Below the pieces are notes generated by a model. The model was not told where the DNA came from and did not search any database. It saw only the letters and a program-made list of their open reading frames with translations. A stretch of DNA of 64,000 nucleotides from Rhizodiscina lignyota (lineage: Eukaryota): positions 1,860,001 to 1,924,000 of the forward strand of contig ML978121.1 in assembly GCA_010015805.1 (NCBI GenBank). Direction: 5' to 3'. Below, in pieces: positions 48,625 to 63,365 of the stretch. The position numbers and the translations under genes were made by a program. The stretch's first letter is position 1; each line of letters starts with the position of its first letter.

Positions 48625-49433
48625 ATGAAATTGCTTTGGATTCAGAGATGAATCGGGTGCAATCCGTGCGCTTGGGCTCCGCTTACAAAACAGCGAGGTA
48701 TTTAATGAGGATGATGAGGTCTGGACGATTCGGGGAGAATGACAATTCCCAGTCAGGAGTGCATGCAGAGATTGTCCGTGTGAAGAAGCATTGCTTGCAG
48801 GGCTGGTGGGCTGTCAGATATGCTTTAGTGAGCGCGTATGTACGGAGCAGTCAGAACGGCGTCGAAGTTGGCTGGCGATAGCTCGCAGCAGACGCCTCAA
48901 AGGCTGCGCCATCCCCTTCCACGCTAGCCCTCGACCCTTCCGGCTGCAGCTTGGCGAAATGACGCACGACCTGCCAATTGCACGCCCGCCAGTGGCCACA
49001 CGCGGATGAGATGCCCACGCGAGCAATGAATGGATGGGCAGCAGAGGGATCTGCCTCCGTGCCGCCGCAGCAGTGGCATTGTACCTAAACTTGTTCCCAA
49101 TACCACTGGAACCAACTCGCCGCTCCTCTCACTAGTGACGAGGCCAGAATAGCACACTTCGAGCCCCATAATACAGGGCACAGCCGCGGCCCTGCGTTCT
49201 GATACACCTCCTCCTCCCCACTCATTGGCAGCGTCCCACACTATACGCCTGCAAGGTACCCCATCCATAACAGCAGCAGCGAGTACACGCTCGTTCATAA
49301 TCTGGCCTCCTGTCCCCTGCTCCTATCCACAAACACCGTCACAAAATACCACTTTCACCAGCGTCGCGCGACATTCTGGCAGGAACAACGCACAAGGCGA
49401 GCTGACGCGGCCCGGGCCGCAAAACAATTCACA

Positions 49434-52114
49434 ATGGCGATGAAGAAGAAGTCGAGTGGAAGACTGTCGTCGCTGTTCTCTTTGGGCGAGAAGGACCACA
49501 AGAATGGAGCCGGTCCGCCGGTTCCTCCAAAGTCGACTGGAAACCACCTGTCGCCGAACGCCCTGCCCGTGCAATCGAACAAACTTTCAAAGAGTTCTCA
49601 CGAAAGAGCCCCATCTGAACACCTGCTTCCCGCTCCAGCTTACCCTCCTCCTGCGCCTGCCGCTACTCTTCGCAAGCCAGTTCCTCACGCGAGCACCGAC
49701 AACTTATCGCTAGCTCCTCCTCCAATCACGACGACCTTACTACCGCGACACGCATCGACTGGCACGCCTGTGTCGTCCAGACCAGGGAGCGCAATAGGCA
49801 GCCGGCCGACGACGCCACTGACACCAGGAGGCAGTCCCACGTCCTCGCTTGCGCCTAATACACCTCTGTCGGCGAACAAAGTCAAGAGAAGGAGCTGGTT
49901 AACTGGTGGCGGACACTCGCGGACGTCGAGCAAAGCTGAGGGTCATTCGCCCAAGGCTTGGATATTGGGGCATCAGCCTCAAGAACCGTATGAGTTGACT
50001 CCGCTCCTTTCAGCGCAGCCGGTACGTCCAAATCGATGAGCATGTTCAGAATATGTCTTATTAACACTAAGGATCAGGTATCCGAACTTTGGAATGACGA
50101 CGGAAACGCCTTCGTCTATCTCTTCCCTCGAACATCTGGCAAAGGCCCATCATTCCGTGTTGATTCGTACATCTTTGGAGCCTCTAATGTGCTAAGGGAC
50201 TTTGCAAACGGTCACAATGCTGCGGTGTTGGCGCATCGTAGCGCGAGTGATCCTCGCAAAGCTTCAGTTAGTAGCTTCTCCACGCCACCTGCGACACCAG
50301 AGATAAGAGCTCACAACTCGGATGGAGCGGCCTCCCCGGTGTCACGAGTCGCGAGTGGCTCATTCGAAGATCCCGATGAACCCATTCATCTATATGTGCC
50401 GCTTGCTCTGAGCACTGACGGCGCCATCTTGGACCAAGGTTCTGAGCCTCGCTTCAGCACTGAAGACGTGGATCATTTGATGGCCGTTCGCAATACTTTT
50501 GCATTTCTCGTCGGACAATCTCTGATCGCGACAGAGCGAAGACCAAATACATTCTCCATCTTCATGCAAATATCCGAGACTTTGAAGCATTTTGGCTTCT
50601 CAAACTTAGATGGGTCAACGTTCGGTGAAGTTGCGAGCTTAAGCTTTGACAGATATGTGGAAGAGCTGCAATTGGCGGATGTCCGCGCGAGCCGTGAAAA
50701 GACCATTGAGGCAATCGTGCTCGGAGAGCGAATGCGCTCCGTCATGCTGTACAACGAGGGGTTTGTCCACGGTGTGGGCAAATACGATGAAATCATGAAC
50801 TTGAAGAGCCCAAAGTTCGATCTGATCAGCCCCATTACAACAAACAGGATGGAGCGAGCTGCCATGGACCTTCACATACGCCGCCAGAACATTGAATTGA
50901 GATTGCAGGAGTTTGACTTCCCTGCAATCTTCTCCGGTATCATGAATTCAAAGACTGACGATGCACGGAAAATGGTCAACTTCGACATCTGGCGAAACTC
51001 GTTTAACGCGACAAAGCGATTCTTCGTGAATTACTACAAGCACAAATACGGATCGTGGCCTCCAAAGGCGAGCTCGAAGAAGAACAACTTTGAGACGAGT
51101 GGCCTGAATAGGATCGTGCTGCGCGATCTGTACCATGACCTCTCCTCGGTCTACGACATGCTCGTGGACAGGACTTCTCTCACGACGCGCGGCCTCGATG
51201 GGATGAGCGTCGAAGCTGCCCCCAACGAAACCGAACCGCATCCCCATATCTTGCGAAGAATCCTCGATGAGTACGATCGCAGCACACCTCCAGTCCAACC
51301 TCCAGTACCCTACGATGTCCCACTGTTCCCTTCGCTCGCTATGATCCGAAAGGACTACGGCAAGAACGCAGCAAACGATGCCAAACTACGCGGCAAGAAA
51401 CTCAAAGAGGAGGAACTCAAAGCCCTCCTCCGCAGCAGTGTAAACCAGGACTCAAACCTCTCGACTCCCTTCCTCGATGCCTTCAAGGACTTTGAGCACA
51501 AGTCCCTTCACGGCAAGACCGTTGTCGAATTTGCAGACATACGCTGCGGCGAGTGGATTTTCCTCTACGCCGTGCTCCAGACATTGCCCATGCTTGTGAT
51601 TGATGCGCCAGGAATCAAGTGGACGCGCAGAGTGGAGTACTTCCTCTGCGAGCCCCCTCGCTCTGGCGTCCCATGGGCAAGGGAAGACCGCGCCCTCCAG
51701 CGCAATTGGTACGGCATTGCTGGCGGTGGAGTGGTGAGTCTGCCGTCGGATGTCATCGAGCATGGCATTGAGGGCATCTATCGCCGCTCCCACTGCTGGG
51801 AGAGGGCGGAGAAGTGGAGCGCGGAGAGCGGTGTTGTCTCCGGAGCCGTCACCGAGTCGCTTCTCGGCGACCCGCTTCCCGCTCCACCTGGTAACCTTCT
51901 TTCCCCAACGTCGGGGTCGAGGCCAGGCACTCCTGGGTCGAGGAGTAATAGGAACAGTGTGGTTAATCTGGGCTTGGAAGCGCTGCCCATTCCACAAGGT
52001 GTGGCGCCGCCCAGTCCGAGTATCAGAGCGCAGGTCGAGGTTGATCGGAGCAAGACGTTCGATGCTATTCTAGGGTCTGAGCCGACGCCGGCGACCAAGT
52101 CGAAGAAGAAGTGA
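49434..52114 (+). CDS. Conserved fungal protein of unknown function; intron 50022-50077
   Basis: Disordered N-terminal exon spliced in frame to a 692-aa ORF with ELWNDDGNAFVYL, YNEGFVHGVG, YGSWPP, GEWIFLYAVLQ and IYRRSHCW. Confidence 0.8.
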
Positions 52115-52430
52115 GGCGTGGGAAGGCATGTTCTTTATTGCATCGGCGCGCGAAATTACCGCATCGTGATCATGGGCGTCATTGTATTTGTATAGTTTTG
52201 GTTTCACTTTTGATTGTCAAGGGATATCCGGCAGACTTTGCATAGCAAAGAGCGAGCGGCGGCGTGTACTTAGAGAGCTTGAGCTGCGAGCCGCTGATGA
52301 TGGCGTATAGTCTCATAGTAATGATAACGAGGAATAAAAGCTATTATAAGATGAAATCTCATGTGCATTCTTATACATGGGATTAGTAAGTAAGTGTGAT
52401 GTAGACAATATTGCTTTGGCAATCTCCACC

Positions 52431-55400
52431 TCAATATCCCCACTGCTTCATCCACATTGCCATCCACTCTTGATTCACCTTCGGCATATCACTGAGCATT
52501 CGGCTCCGGTTACATGCCTGCGATGTTTCAAATTCGAGAGAGGGAGAGTCACGTATGCTTCGGAAGAAATCCAGCAACTTCACCGCCGGGTTCGCTCGCG
52601 TATCCGTGGTTTCCTTCGCGGAGTTTTCAAGCGCGGCAAGCCATTCCTCATACTCGACAACCTGTGCATGCGGAAATAGCCGACTGACTTCCGGCAATAT
52701 CTCTGACCATGTCGCTGGAGTAGGATTGACAGCATGGAGAACCTCTACATGTCCTTTGAACGCAGTTTCGGACCGCTTCGCAGGAGACAGTACAAGCTCG
52801 ACGAGCACCTGTCCAAGTATGTCAACGGGCACCCAATCGATCCTGTCCATCCCGTGGATCGACGTAGGCAGCTTCCCCAGGAAGGAGGAGCTAGCTATCA
52901 CACTAGGCAGCCACTCGTGCTTGTTCCATTCGCCTTGTGGACTCAAGACCGGGCCCGCAATCTGTCCAACACGGCAAATCGTGCTCGACACATTTGCCGT
53001 CTGGGAGGCGTTGGCAAGTAGCATTTCGCTGATGAGCTTCGACTTGGAGTAGCCGACGTCGTCGCAGACATTCAGGTTAAAAATCGCCTGCTCCGGAACC
53101 GGCGAGCCTGCGGGCCACCGCTTCACAGCGCCGATGCTGGAAACAAAGAAGACTTGGCTCCGCCAGCGGGAATTGATCGAGAAGGTGACGAGGTTTGCAC
53201 AGCCTCGCACCTGGGGCTCGAAGGATTCCAAGGCGTGGTTGAAATTCACATTCCATGCGTTGTGGATGATGTGCGTTGCTTCTGTTCGCAATCGGTCGTA
53301 GGTGTCTTGGGTTAAACCGAAGTTTGGAGACGCCAAATCTGCCTGTAAGAATTCGACTCTGCTCGGCTCAAACACGGCGTTCAATCCTCTTCTCTTGCAT
53401 GAATCTACATGGCGTTGTTCAGCGTCGGATGTGCGGTTGAGGCAATAGACTTTCTCAACGCGCTCTTGCCGTAATACTGAATCCAGGAGATAGTTTCCCA
53501 AGCTGCCTGTGCTCCCTGTCAAGATGATCCGGACACCGATAGGAGCCTCGGAGGGCAGAGGCATCGTGATTGCGTACTTCTCGAACAGTTTCTGCGTATC
53601 AGCGTGTGGCTCTTGTTGATGACCATTCTGTATCATTCCAGGTTTCGTTCCCAGCACGTCGAGAATGGCAGTCGTCAGCCGACTTGCGGATGGATTAGAA
53701 TATATAACTCGAGGCTCAAAATCCACTTGCTCCCCATTAGACTGTGTCGCGAGCGTCTTCCGGATGGCCCTCGCCAGTCGCAATACCTGAAGAGAATCCG
53801 TGCCATGTGCGAATATATCGCTCTCCGCAGATATTCCCGACATGGTCTCAGTCAAAGAGCGAAGGTTTGTCAACAAGGAAGCTTCCAGTGTAGCACGATT
53901 GCTGAAATCGAGATTCAGTTCTCCAGCACTGTCGTTGCTGGCGGAGTACACCTCTTCGATGACATCGTGAAACTCCTTTACGCACGTCTTCCTTGAGATC
54001 TGGCCCTTGCTGGTCCGTGGGAATTTCTGCCCTGGTTTTAGAAACCGGATATGGGACTTGGCGATCTTGCCATGGCTCGGCATATGCCCATTTGCTGTAG
54101 TGACAGTCGGCCAGATCCTCTCCACCTTCTCATGCTCCGGAACATTTGTAAGTGAGTCTCCTCCCGCCTCGACCAAGAGCACAGGAAAGAATTTGCCGTT
54201 ACCGGTAACAACAGCTGCGCTGACATCAGGATGTTGAGAGATGTCGTGTTCCATTTGGTTTGGAACAATCTTTTCTCCATTCGAAAAGACCAAGACATCA
54301 TCTGATCGACCGATATGCTTCCAAAGTGACGGCTTGACTGGGTGTCGCTCGTAAAGATCGGGTACCTTGTATCTGAGGCATAGCGAGCGAGTTAGTAAAA
54401 GCGAATGTTGAAGAAGCTTCCTCTCGTGCTGAAAGCTCAACTCTGGGTCGGCTCAACTAGCTCAAGCCGTCTATTCGAAGTAGTGATATAGACAAACAAG
54501 ACCTTGATTATGTCCTAATGGATGACGATGCAAAAGACGAAACGACTTACTCATCAAGTTCTGGGAAGGTGCAGAATACTGCCTGGAATCTTGCATTTAA
54601 GGGATCGCGAACGACGACCACTTCACCCAATCCGTCCTCTCGTTCCCGGAACTTAACACCAAGCGACGGGTGAAACTCGTTGAAGTGCCAGTCGCTCCGA
54701 TCGAGAGGTTGCAGAGACGGTACGAAATGAGTTTCCGTCGTCCCCAACTCATTGCAAACTAATGTATATTTCGAAATCGCGTCACCGGCCGGTTTTGATA
54801 GTGGCGAGCCGCCATACCCAACGCCGGTCCAGCGTTTCAACTTCTCCAGAATACGTGGTGTCTGACTTACCTCGACCAGAGTCGAAGCTGCAGTCAATCC
54901 ACAATCAGCTTCACCAGAGTCAAGCATGCTCTCCAGTACACCCAGGGATGGAGGCTGCCCTGGTGGCGGTTGAATCAGAGTTGTCCCGTTGAATACCATG
55001 GAAGCGAAAATATCAACTCCAGCACCCTATCAAACCAGTGAGCGGAGTGATACCAGGTGGGCAGAAAAAAGCACTAACATGAAATGGAGGCAATGCCGAG
55101 AAAAGGCGGGCGCCTCGCTTTCCCCAGGTTTGAATGAGGGCCCTGCGACCTGGAAGTGATGGCAACTGCTGATACGAATCGACAACGGCAAAGGTAGAAT
55201 GCTTGATTGGCAACGCCTTCGGCAAGCCAGTCGACCCAGATGTGTGGATGAAGACTACTGTCTCGTCGGCAACTTCGTCGAACGTCTTGTTGAACGGGTA
55301 TTGAGGAGCATCTGATAAATCCAGCCAATGCTCAAGCGGCGGCATCTCCACAAAAGAGATAGATTTCGGAAAGAGGTGAACTGGGATCCTCTTTGGATCT

Positions 55401-55811
55401 CCAGACAGTACCCTACATCCAGTCGCTTCCATTAGAGAAACATGCGCCTCCATACTGTTTCTGGGAGACGAGAAGAGGGCCTGTACCGGAGTAAGTGTGC
55501 TTTCAAGCTGTCGTTTCTTAGATTCTGAAAAATGTACGCACCTTGAAAGATGTCTTGCTGGCAGCAACTGTGAGCAAGTAGTACCGGATGTCGAAGCCGC
55601 CAACATAGCAAATCACTTGAGAGCCATGACTACCGAGGACGTCTGCAAGCCACCATGCCATACGATCAACAGCATTCTTAAATGTCTTATGTGATATCGA
55701 TGTCCAGGCATCAAAGCTGGATGACTGTGGATACTTGATCAAGACGCCCGTAGGCTCCTCCGCCGCATTTCGATCTATTACCTCGTGAATCGTGCGCCTC
55801 CCAATCTCCAT
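52431..55811 (-). CDS. NRPS-like carboxylic acid reductase (A-T-R); introns 55541-55481, 55078-55027, 54550-54373
   Basis: A domain HTSGSTGLPK, LGTTET, GRSDDVLVFSNGEK and PRTSKG; T domain DIFAHGTDSLQV; R domain ILTGSTGSLG, HNAWNVNF, GYSKSK and RVGQIAG. The frame is intact after splicing. Confidence 0.92.
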
Positions 55812-56813
55812 TGCGACAGATGAATATGATCAATGGGAACTGGCGAAAGATGAGACGAAGTGCAACAGTATTCAAAATGAGCAGACGGAATTGAAGTGCT
55901 CTCATAAGAGATTAGAAGTAGTGTATATATGCCTGTCAAGGAAGCTGAGTCTCGTTCCAGAGAGACCACTCAGGTCTTTTCTACTTCAGGCAAGTGGTAT
56001 GCATGCCGGCTATCCTTGTGTGATGTGCTACTGCAGTTGGGTCTCCATGCGACACTTATATATAGACACCATCGTGTCGCCGAAAGGGCGTAGACCTCGA
56101 ACAAGTATCGACAAGACATAGAAGGGCTACGAACGCAATTTCGGCGGGAGGATTGGTGGAATCACTACTCCAACTTGAGAGATATCGTACTTTCGGCGAA
56201 AGTATTGCTAGAGTCATTACCCCAACTTGAGAAATATTGTGACAACATGGTGCGGCTGAATTGGCGAATAGGGGTTTGTGATGGCAGTCTTCTTGGCTCG
56301 CCGCTAATTTCCCGAAACTGTACTAGTCTTGGCACTAGTTATGTATTCCTACAAAAGTGATTGGCCAATTCGTCAACACTTGTCATACGGTTATCGAGTT
56401 ACCCCATTGCACTTGTACCTTGTTATGAACAGCAATACCTAGTGCATCCTTTATGTATAGAAACTCTCTTTCGGTAACAAGTAGAGTATCTCTCTGATCC
56501 AACGATCAAATACTTGCCTGACTTGAGGGGTGAGAAAATGTTTGGCCACTAGGCACGGAAATCTTCATTATTAGCTAAGGAGTGAAGTAATCGTGATTTA
56601 ATCAGCAATCCCAAGGGGATCAATCAGAATCATCAAGGTAACGCCAGCCCTTGAAAAGCAACCGTGACTTTTAGATAGTGCTCCGTGGTGTGAATGTGGG
56701 GACAACCTTAAGATATAACCTCGACGCCAAAGGCCGCTTTGCAAAGCACTCGAGTAATGCAGCATCATTGCTTAACTGAAAAACTCGGCCACAATCTCAA
56801 TTGTAACGTCCTC

Positions 56814-57639
56814 CTAGTTAGAGGTCTCGCATCGTATACCGCGGATCGGTGCAAGTCGTTTCGCAATCGTCCGATAGGCTTGTTGAGCGAGAACAGCTTC
56901 ATCATCCCCTACCGCTCCATCACATATCCAAGTAATCTCCGCTTTTGGAGTAGTAACTTGCAATATGCTGCAGACAGTGCCAACCGCCCATGTGTTGTTC
57001 ACTGCAATCACATCAACTTCGTGCCCAATTTCGATGATCAAGGTTTTCAGGTGCCTAAAGCTGGCGAGAAGGCTCCAATCAAAACCTGTCCCTATGGCGC
57101 AGACAGTGAAACCCTCGTAACCACTTTGATGGATGCAGAGCTTAAGGTATGTGATCCGGCTGACGTCAAGACCTTTGGGAACCGCCCGGTCTAAGTCATA
57201 GTGGCAATAGTAAAAGATGTCTCGATGAATTGTGAACTTATTTGTGGTGTAGAACACATCCATGGCTTCTTGAAAGAATTGCTTGGAAAGAAGGAGCTTT
57301 CCAATGCGAAACGGAGTGAAGTTGGAGTGTTGGGAGTCAAGGCAATTATCGAACTCAAGAGGCTGCTGATCCACTACAAGGAGGTCGTAGATCTCAAGGC
57401 GGAGCTCTAGGGGCAGGTCGAAAAAGCCGAGATTTGATGTCGTCGAAGGTTGTTCATCTCCCTCGCGGCGACCGTCCCCTTGAATTTGGTCGGAGAATGG
57501 CAGGAGCAATCCATGTTTTCTGATTTGACATTAACACATTGTATACCACGTAAGTACCCTTCACTCACAAGTGCTTGTATGTTTCCTTGCCAGATAGAGT
57601 AGCAAGACAAGGGAACTCCTCGCCATCGTAACAAAGCAT
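56814..57639 (-). CDS. Hypothetical protein with an F-box-like motif; intron 57568-57520
   Basis: GFFDLPLELRLEIYDLLV and LLLSKQFFQEAMDVFYTTNKF; an upstream ATG exon splices in frame. Confidence 0.7.
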
Positions 57640-58017
57640 TTCTTCTTCAGATGCCGCAGGTTAAGGACGAGTAGCGATGCGGAGAATTGGAAGAGAAGAC
57701 TGTTGGCCGCACGAGCTGGTGTTTTTATAAGAGCTCTAGCTAGTCACGTGCGACTTCGAAATGTTCATGCTTTGCTCTGCTTTGGATTCACGCTTTATTA
57801 GATTAAGTATTCAGCATCTATGCTTACGACAGTGCGCGCTATATAAGAAAACACTCACGATGCTCCAGAAACCTTAATGCCCATGCAAGCGAATGTCCTC
57901 AAGTGACGCGCAAAGACGTTTCCATCAACGCCTCTGCACCAAACATGCTTCCCCACCATGCAATGTCTCCCACTATGTTACATCTTAGATCAGCCAAAAC
58001 GCCCCCGAGCCATTCAT

Positions 58018-58980
58018 TCACTGCTCCTTCTTCCTCTTCGGGAGTCCCATCTTCTTTCGCTCCTCCAAATCGCCTTCTGCTAGCCATCTGCTAGCCTTGA
58101 TCAGCTGGACCACGTTGATGAACTGCTTGCCCGCCATAACTGGGAAAGAGATGGCAGCAAGAATCCACGGAATGGTGCTATCCATCTTGTTGGCACGTGC
58201 CAATTCCATGGCTCCTGCCGACCAAGGTGATGTGAAGATCACTGAAGGCTTTGGTGGTGGTGGAGAGCCCGGCTCTACTTTCAAAGCGGAAGCCACTGGC
58301 TGTAGAAGTGAAGGCATGAGTGTCGGGGAGGAGAAGGAAAGGAGGTACAGCGCAATGAAGAACAGCTCGTTCAAGGCGCAAAAGGTAAAGAGAACCGCCT
58401 GCCATACAGTCAGTCTTCGTTGGAGATGTTTTCCTCAGTCAACTTACCCTGTTCGAATAGTATTGCTTCAGTACCCAGCTCCTGCTTTCGTCTATCTTCT
58501 TGTGGCTCTGTCCCGATCCTCCCATTGTCAACGTCGCGTACATATGCATGTAATGGCTCGCTAGATCCAGACTGATCAATCCTTGAAAGATGATGGACCA
58601 CCTAGGGAATGCCGACGCCAGGAAAACCAATAAGCATGAAGTTGTGCATCTGTCTGTCACCATGTCTAACACTCCTCCGAATTTGGTGGACTGGTTGAAT
58701 CTGCGCGCTGCCAGTCCGTCAAGTGCGTCAAGTAGGCAGGAGATACTGTAGAGGCCCGAGCAGGTTCGCGGATGCAGCGGCATGTAGTATAGGGACGCGA
58801 CCGCTAGTACTATACGTGCATAGCCTACAACTCTGAGCTAGAGAACATCATTATAGTCTCCACAAGCTACGTACCGATGAGGTTTGGAACGAACAGAAAG
58901 ATGTTCTCCTCAGGTTCCTGTGACTTGTTCGTTCCAACGATGTGGCCGTTGCCATTTGCCAAAGTCCTTTTGCCAGCCAT
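58018..58980 (-). CDS. PIS1: Phosphatidylinositol synthase (CDP-alcohol phosphatidyltransferase); introns 58874-58825 and 58447-58399
   Basis: ENIFLFVPNLIGYARI; DALDGLAARRFNQSTKFGGVLDMVTDR (CDP-alcohol motif); LDLASHYMHMY. Confidence 0.93.
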
Positions 58981-60089
58981 TTTTGCTCCGTTTCTGTTGT
59001 CTCAACCGTACTCTTTCGAAGCCTTCGTTGTTGGAGCCAGAGCGCGACTATAGACGTGGGCCAAGAAGCTCGTCCTCCTTGTGTTCTTGAGTCTCTTGAA
59101 TAGTGATCTCGGGCACACGACTCCTTAAATAGTGTGCCCAAGGCTCCGGCCGTAATACAAAAAGTGATTGATTGTGTGCGACAGAATCACTTAATCACCC
59201 CTAAATCGCGTGGAGTGGATTCGATAAGCAGATACGGGAGGCTCGGGTTTAGCGTTCGGTGGCTCGCCAGAGGAGGAAATGCTGATATCTTGTGGAGTGG
59301 AGTCTTGTCGAAGTATAGATCACGCGCGGGGCTTGTGAAGGCTTCTGTGGTGAAGAAGAGAGAATATTGTTAATAAGAGTGGAGGATTTGGGACAGGTCG
59401 CGTTAATAATTTCCAGGCCGTTACGACGATCAAGATCGCTAACGCTAGACTGTTAGGAGAATAGCCTCCCCCGAAACTCCTTTCTTTGGACGACACGTCG
59501 AAACAACCAATTTGCTCCCATCCTCTGTCGCAATACAGCAAATAAAGACTGAGCACCGCCTAAGCTTCGCCTAATGGATCATAACAGCAAACAGATACAA
59601 GCACTTGACCTTTCGTGCAGCCCGCCATTGGTCACTCATCTGTAGCGTCACAATACAGTGGCTGTCCGAATCGCATTGGCCCAATTGGGTATGATCTCCC
59701 GACTGTTCATGCAGTACGTCGGCAATGCACTTGGCAGAATATCAGTGTTTTATTGTTTCTCAGTGGATTGTTTCGATATCTGCACGTAAAGACAAAGTCC
59801 TGAGGTCTTTGTGGCTTAAAGTGTACGATACGGAAATCCAGGTTCAGAGCGTAGTTTTATGTACAGGTAACTGGTCGATGAAAACCATGTGAGAGGAGCA
59901 TCAGGTGACACGCCCTACGAGTAGAGGGCCTGTACAGGGCATAAAGTAGTATCTGAATCTTCAATAATTTCGAGCAATGCTGGGATCCCATTGGTTTCTG
60001 CATAAGACATCAGCCTCGAACAGCGCACACGATCCAATACATGGAGCCCGTTTTGGTTCATCGAGATCAAAGAACAGCGCCACTCACAC

Positions 60090-61382
60090 TCACGAAACAG
60101 GCGCTTGAAAGAGGTGTTTCTTCTGGATGTCGAACATCATACTTATCCGCGCCTGCTTCTGCCACTTGATAAAGTCGACGGCATTGACATGGCCTGTGTT
60201 TTGGAGCTGACTGAGCTGGTTGGACTCGCTAGAGAGAATTGTCGTGGATCGGCCGCCTGGGCAGAATATCACCTGGAAGCCGGCGCCGGCGGGAATGATG
60301 AACGTGGATGTTTGGTCGTCAAATGCTGTTCAGTCATTTTAAATTAGCTTTTGGGAAATGGTTGCGCGGAAGATACGGTGTAGCATCTATGAAAACTTAC
60401 CGTAACTGTACGCATCTGGGCAGATGGACTTCGCTGCCTTGGAGTAGTCGCTCGGCTGGCAAGAATCTGGGGATCCATGAGATCCGGTGCAGCAGTCCGC
60501 ATCGTCGTTGTACTTTGCGCAAGCAGAATAACATGGATCGAAGTCCGGCCTTTGCACAGTGGTGTCGGGATACGTGTATACTCCGTTGCTTGGCCCACTG
60601 GGCGCATTGACTTGCAAATCCCAAGGACACCAGTTTGCAATATCGCTATCCGTGACATTCGTGTCGAAAGGGAGAGGATTAGAACTGTTGGTGCCAAGGA
60701 AGTCACCATTGTTGTAGGCATTGAAGTTTTGCGAGGCTAGGAGACCAGCTGTGCCAACGCATGAGGGGTTGGTGAGATTCGGTGGGATCTCGTCAAATGA
60801 GGAGTTGCCTAGTGGCTGAAGGACGACAGCCAGTGGTATGTTGTAGCCGTCGACAAGCGAGATATCGTAGTAGGTTTGGCCATCTCCAGCATCGAGGGTG
60901 AATTCTGCGAGGGTGACGGGGACCTCACCCTGAACTGATCAGCTTCGGTAATACATGGAAGACAAAAATTTACTTACTGTGCCTTTGCAGCCAACAACAC
61001 CCCCACAGTCTCCGGTTCCGCACGCCTTGCCTGGACTATTATTTGCCGGCGCCGTGCCTTGTGAGTTGAAGCTGCAGTTTGTTCGACCCCAAACTCGTCC
61101 TTGCCAATCTTCTGAGACTGTTTGATTTTGTGAGTCGCCAGATTGAAGCTCGAACCCGGTATTCTGAGGTCCGTCACCGGACTGAGTCACGATGCCCGGG
61201 TATATGGTATCTGGGCAGTAGTTCGTGACAATCAATGGTGTTTGGTTGCCCTTTTGCCTCTTCTCCAGCTTTCGCGGCGCAATACGATCCATATGATGGC
61301 ATTGGACGACGCTGGACGGGAGTAACGCAACCAGCGATATCCAGAGGAGGCACCGAACCGGAGCTCCTCTTAAAATACACAT
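60090..61382 (-). CDS. Secreted thaumatin/osmotin-like protein; introns 60977-60930 and 60400-60326; 3' end may extend through one more intron to ~59960
   Basis: Signal-like N-terminus; VTNYCPDTIYPG, WQGRVWGRTNC, CGTGDC, TLAEF, YDISLVDGYN and CPDAYSYAFDDQTSTF. Confidence 0.9.
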
Positions 61383-63365
61383 GGCTGCCGTAATAAACCA
61401 GCCGAGCGAGGCGAATAGCAGGATGGCGGGGAGAGAAGCGGTCGCAGCTCTACAAATGTGCGCAATGACTGTACTACAGAAGCAAGACAAGGATGACAAC
61501 AACAGCGATGATTACAATGAATAGAGGGTGACCAAAGAAGGGCAAAATCATGGAGGGCAAGCAGATGAGATTGAAGCACCAGGAGGTTGGATATGTGGAA
61601 TCTGTGGTTATAGTGCCAAAGTGAAGTTGTAAGAGAGTCGAGGAAAAGAACAGCCATGAGCTCTGGTCTGCTCGACCAAGTTTACAGTGCCTTTTTGACA
61701 CGGGATATTTCATGAGGAAAGCTCGATACCGTTCTAGACGAGATGGAGAGTAGGTGGTAGTGGTACCTTCCATTCAGACATTTGGTTCCGTGTAGCATTT
61801 AAGGAAGTTGAATTGGCATTGCGGCAAGAAGGCGCCTTCTGCAGCATTCACAACAAAATATCTTCTTCCAAATCCAACAGCAAACGATGCAATGGAAATT
61901 CAAAAAGGGGTAGGCGTGAGAGAGAAACTCCGGGAGAACGACGCCTTGCTCTAAGGTCGCGGAAGCGGCGGACGACAAACGTCAGGCCTCTCTTCGTGAC
62001 CATTTGCACGACATCTTATCTCTTCAAACGATCTTCAAAAAGGCTCTTCCGAGCATGGCCACATGAACTTTCAAAAGTGCAAACCGAAATACCTAGTGAA
62101 CGCCTGCAGTACTGTGTGATGACCGAGGCTTATTGTGCATGATGTTGAGCTGACCTCTGGAAATTGCGCGGGATTAATCTTACCATTTACGACGGTGGCG
62201 GTCCCGAGAGGACCGAAAGAGCCAGCAGTTGCGATATGCTTAATCGCTGCGAATGATATGTCATTGGTGCACTTTTTACTTCAATTGACGTTTCTTCATG
62301 TCTCTCCCCAAGAGGCCCGAGACGCCTCTCGCACGAGCACGCAGGAACAGGAGTTTCGGCGGGCGGAACCGGCCCGGAAGCGGCACCGTTCGAGTTCCGA
62401 CGTCTAACGCCGACTAACGGTTTCCAGATCGTCCACGACGCTTCTGTACAGAGTTTAGGGGCGTCTGATATAATACGGCCGCTAACACCGTAATATATCG
62501 ATGCTACGTGGCTGTGCTTCGCATTCGTGGTCCAGCGACTGGAAGGATCGCCAAAATTTCGCGACTGCTGTGGAAGCGGTGAAGTTAATTTCCTACGCCT
62601 CAGGAACTCGTGTTGGAAAGGGCATACAGACTCTATCATCTCATTACAATAGGCACGCCAATAGCACAGCCCAAGTAGCTGAGGTTGAGGTGCACAGCGT
62701 CGTAAAGTACTAACTGTGCAGACCTGCGGCCGCTCGCATTACTGCGTTGCGTAAAGCAAAGCTGCCAAGAAGGGCGGCCGAAAAAAGTGTGATTGGCCGG
62801 CTCGCATTAAAGAAGTGCGCGACGGACTTCTTAGAGGGCCCGTAAGGATCGCTAACGGACGATCTTTCTAAATATTACCGCCGCTGCGGAGCAGGTCCCG
62901 TCGCAGGCTGCCTCAAGTGGCCGGAGGGCTGAGGCTATGCTGAAACTGCCAGCGACGCATAACCAAGTAATATCTCTCCTCTCGTCTCCTACACTTCTAC
63001 AACTCTCTTCAATCTCTCATCTCTCCAACTGCAAACCATCCTGTCCTCTGCAAGGCTTTATCTATCCACCACGCACTCAGACACGCATCACCAGGCCAAC
63101 GCGGGGAAAGCGAGAGGTGTTCTCTTCGTATTGCAACGCGGCCTCTCTACTAGCCGGCACTCTGCAGGGGTCTGATCCAGCGAGCGCTGCTGACGCGGCC
63201 TTCTCAGCCCAGCACTGGTGAGAGCCATCCCTTGGCCGACTCCCCCAAAACCTCTTCGTCGCCTGATCGAGGCATTATTCCATTTTCCCAAACATTCCCG
63301 TCGCTCTGAACTCTCCAAAACACCTCTCTGTCGACAATACCAGTGCTCGACGCACTCCGACAGCA

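Noticed and set aside
1..61382. GH81, GH55, thaumatin-like and LysM genes as a glucan/cell-wall gene cluster
   Set aside because: They are spread over 60 kb and separated by unrelated housekeeping genes, and such genes are common in fungal genomes.
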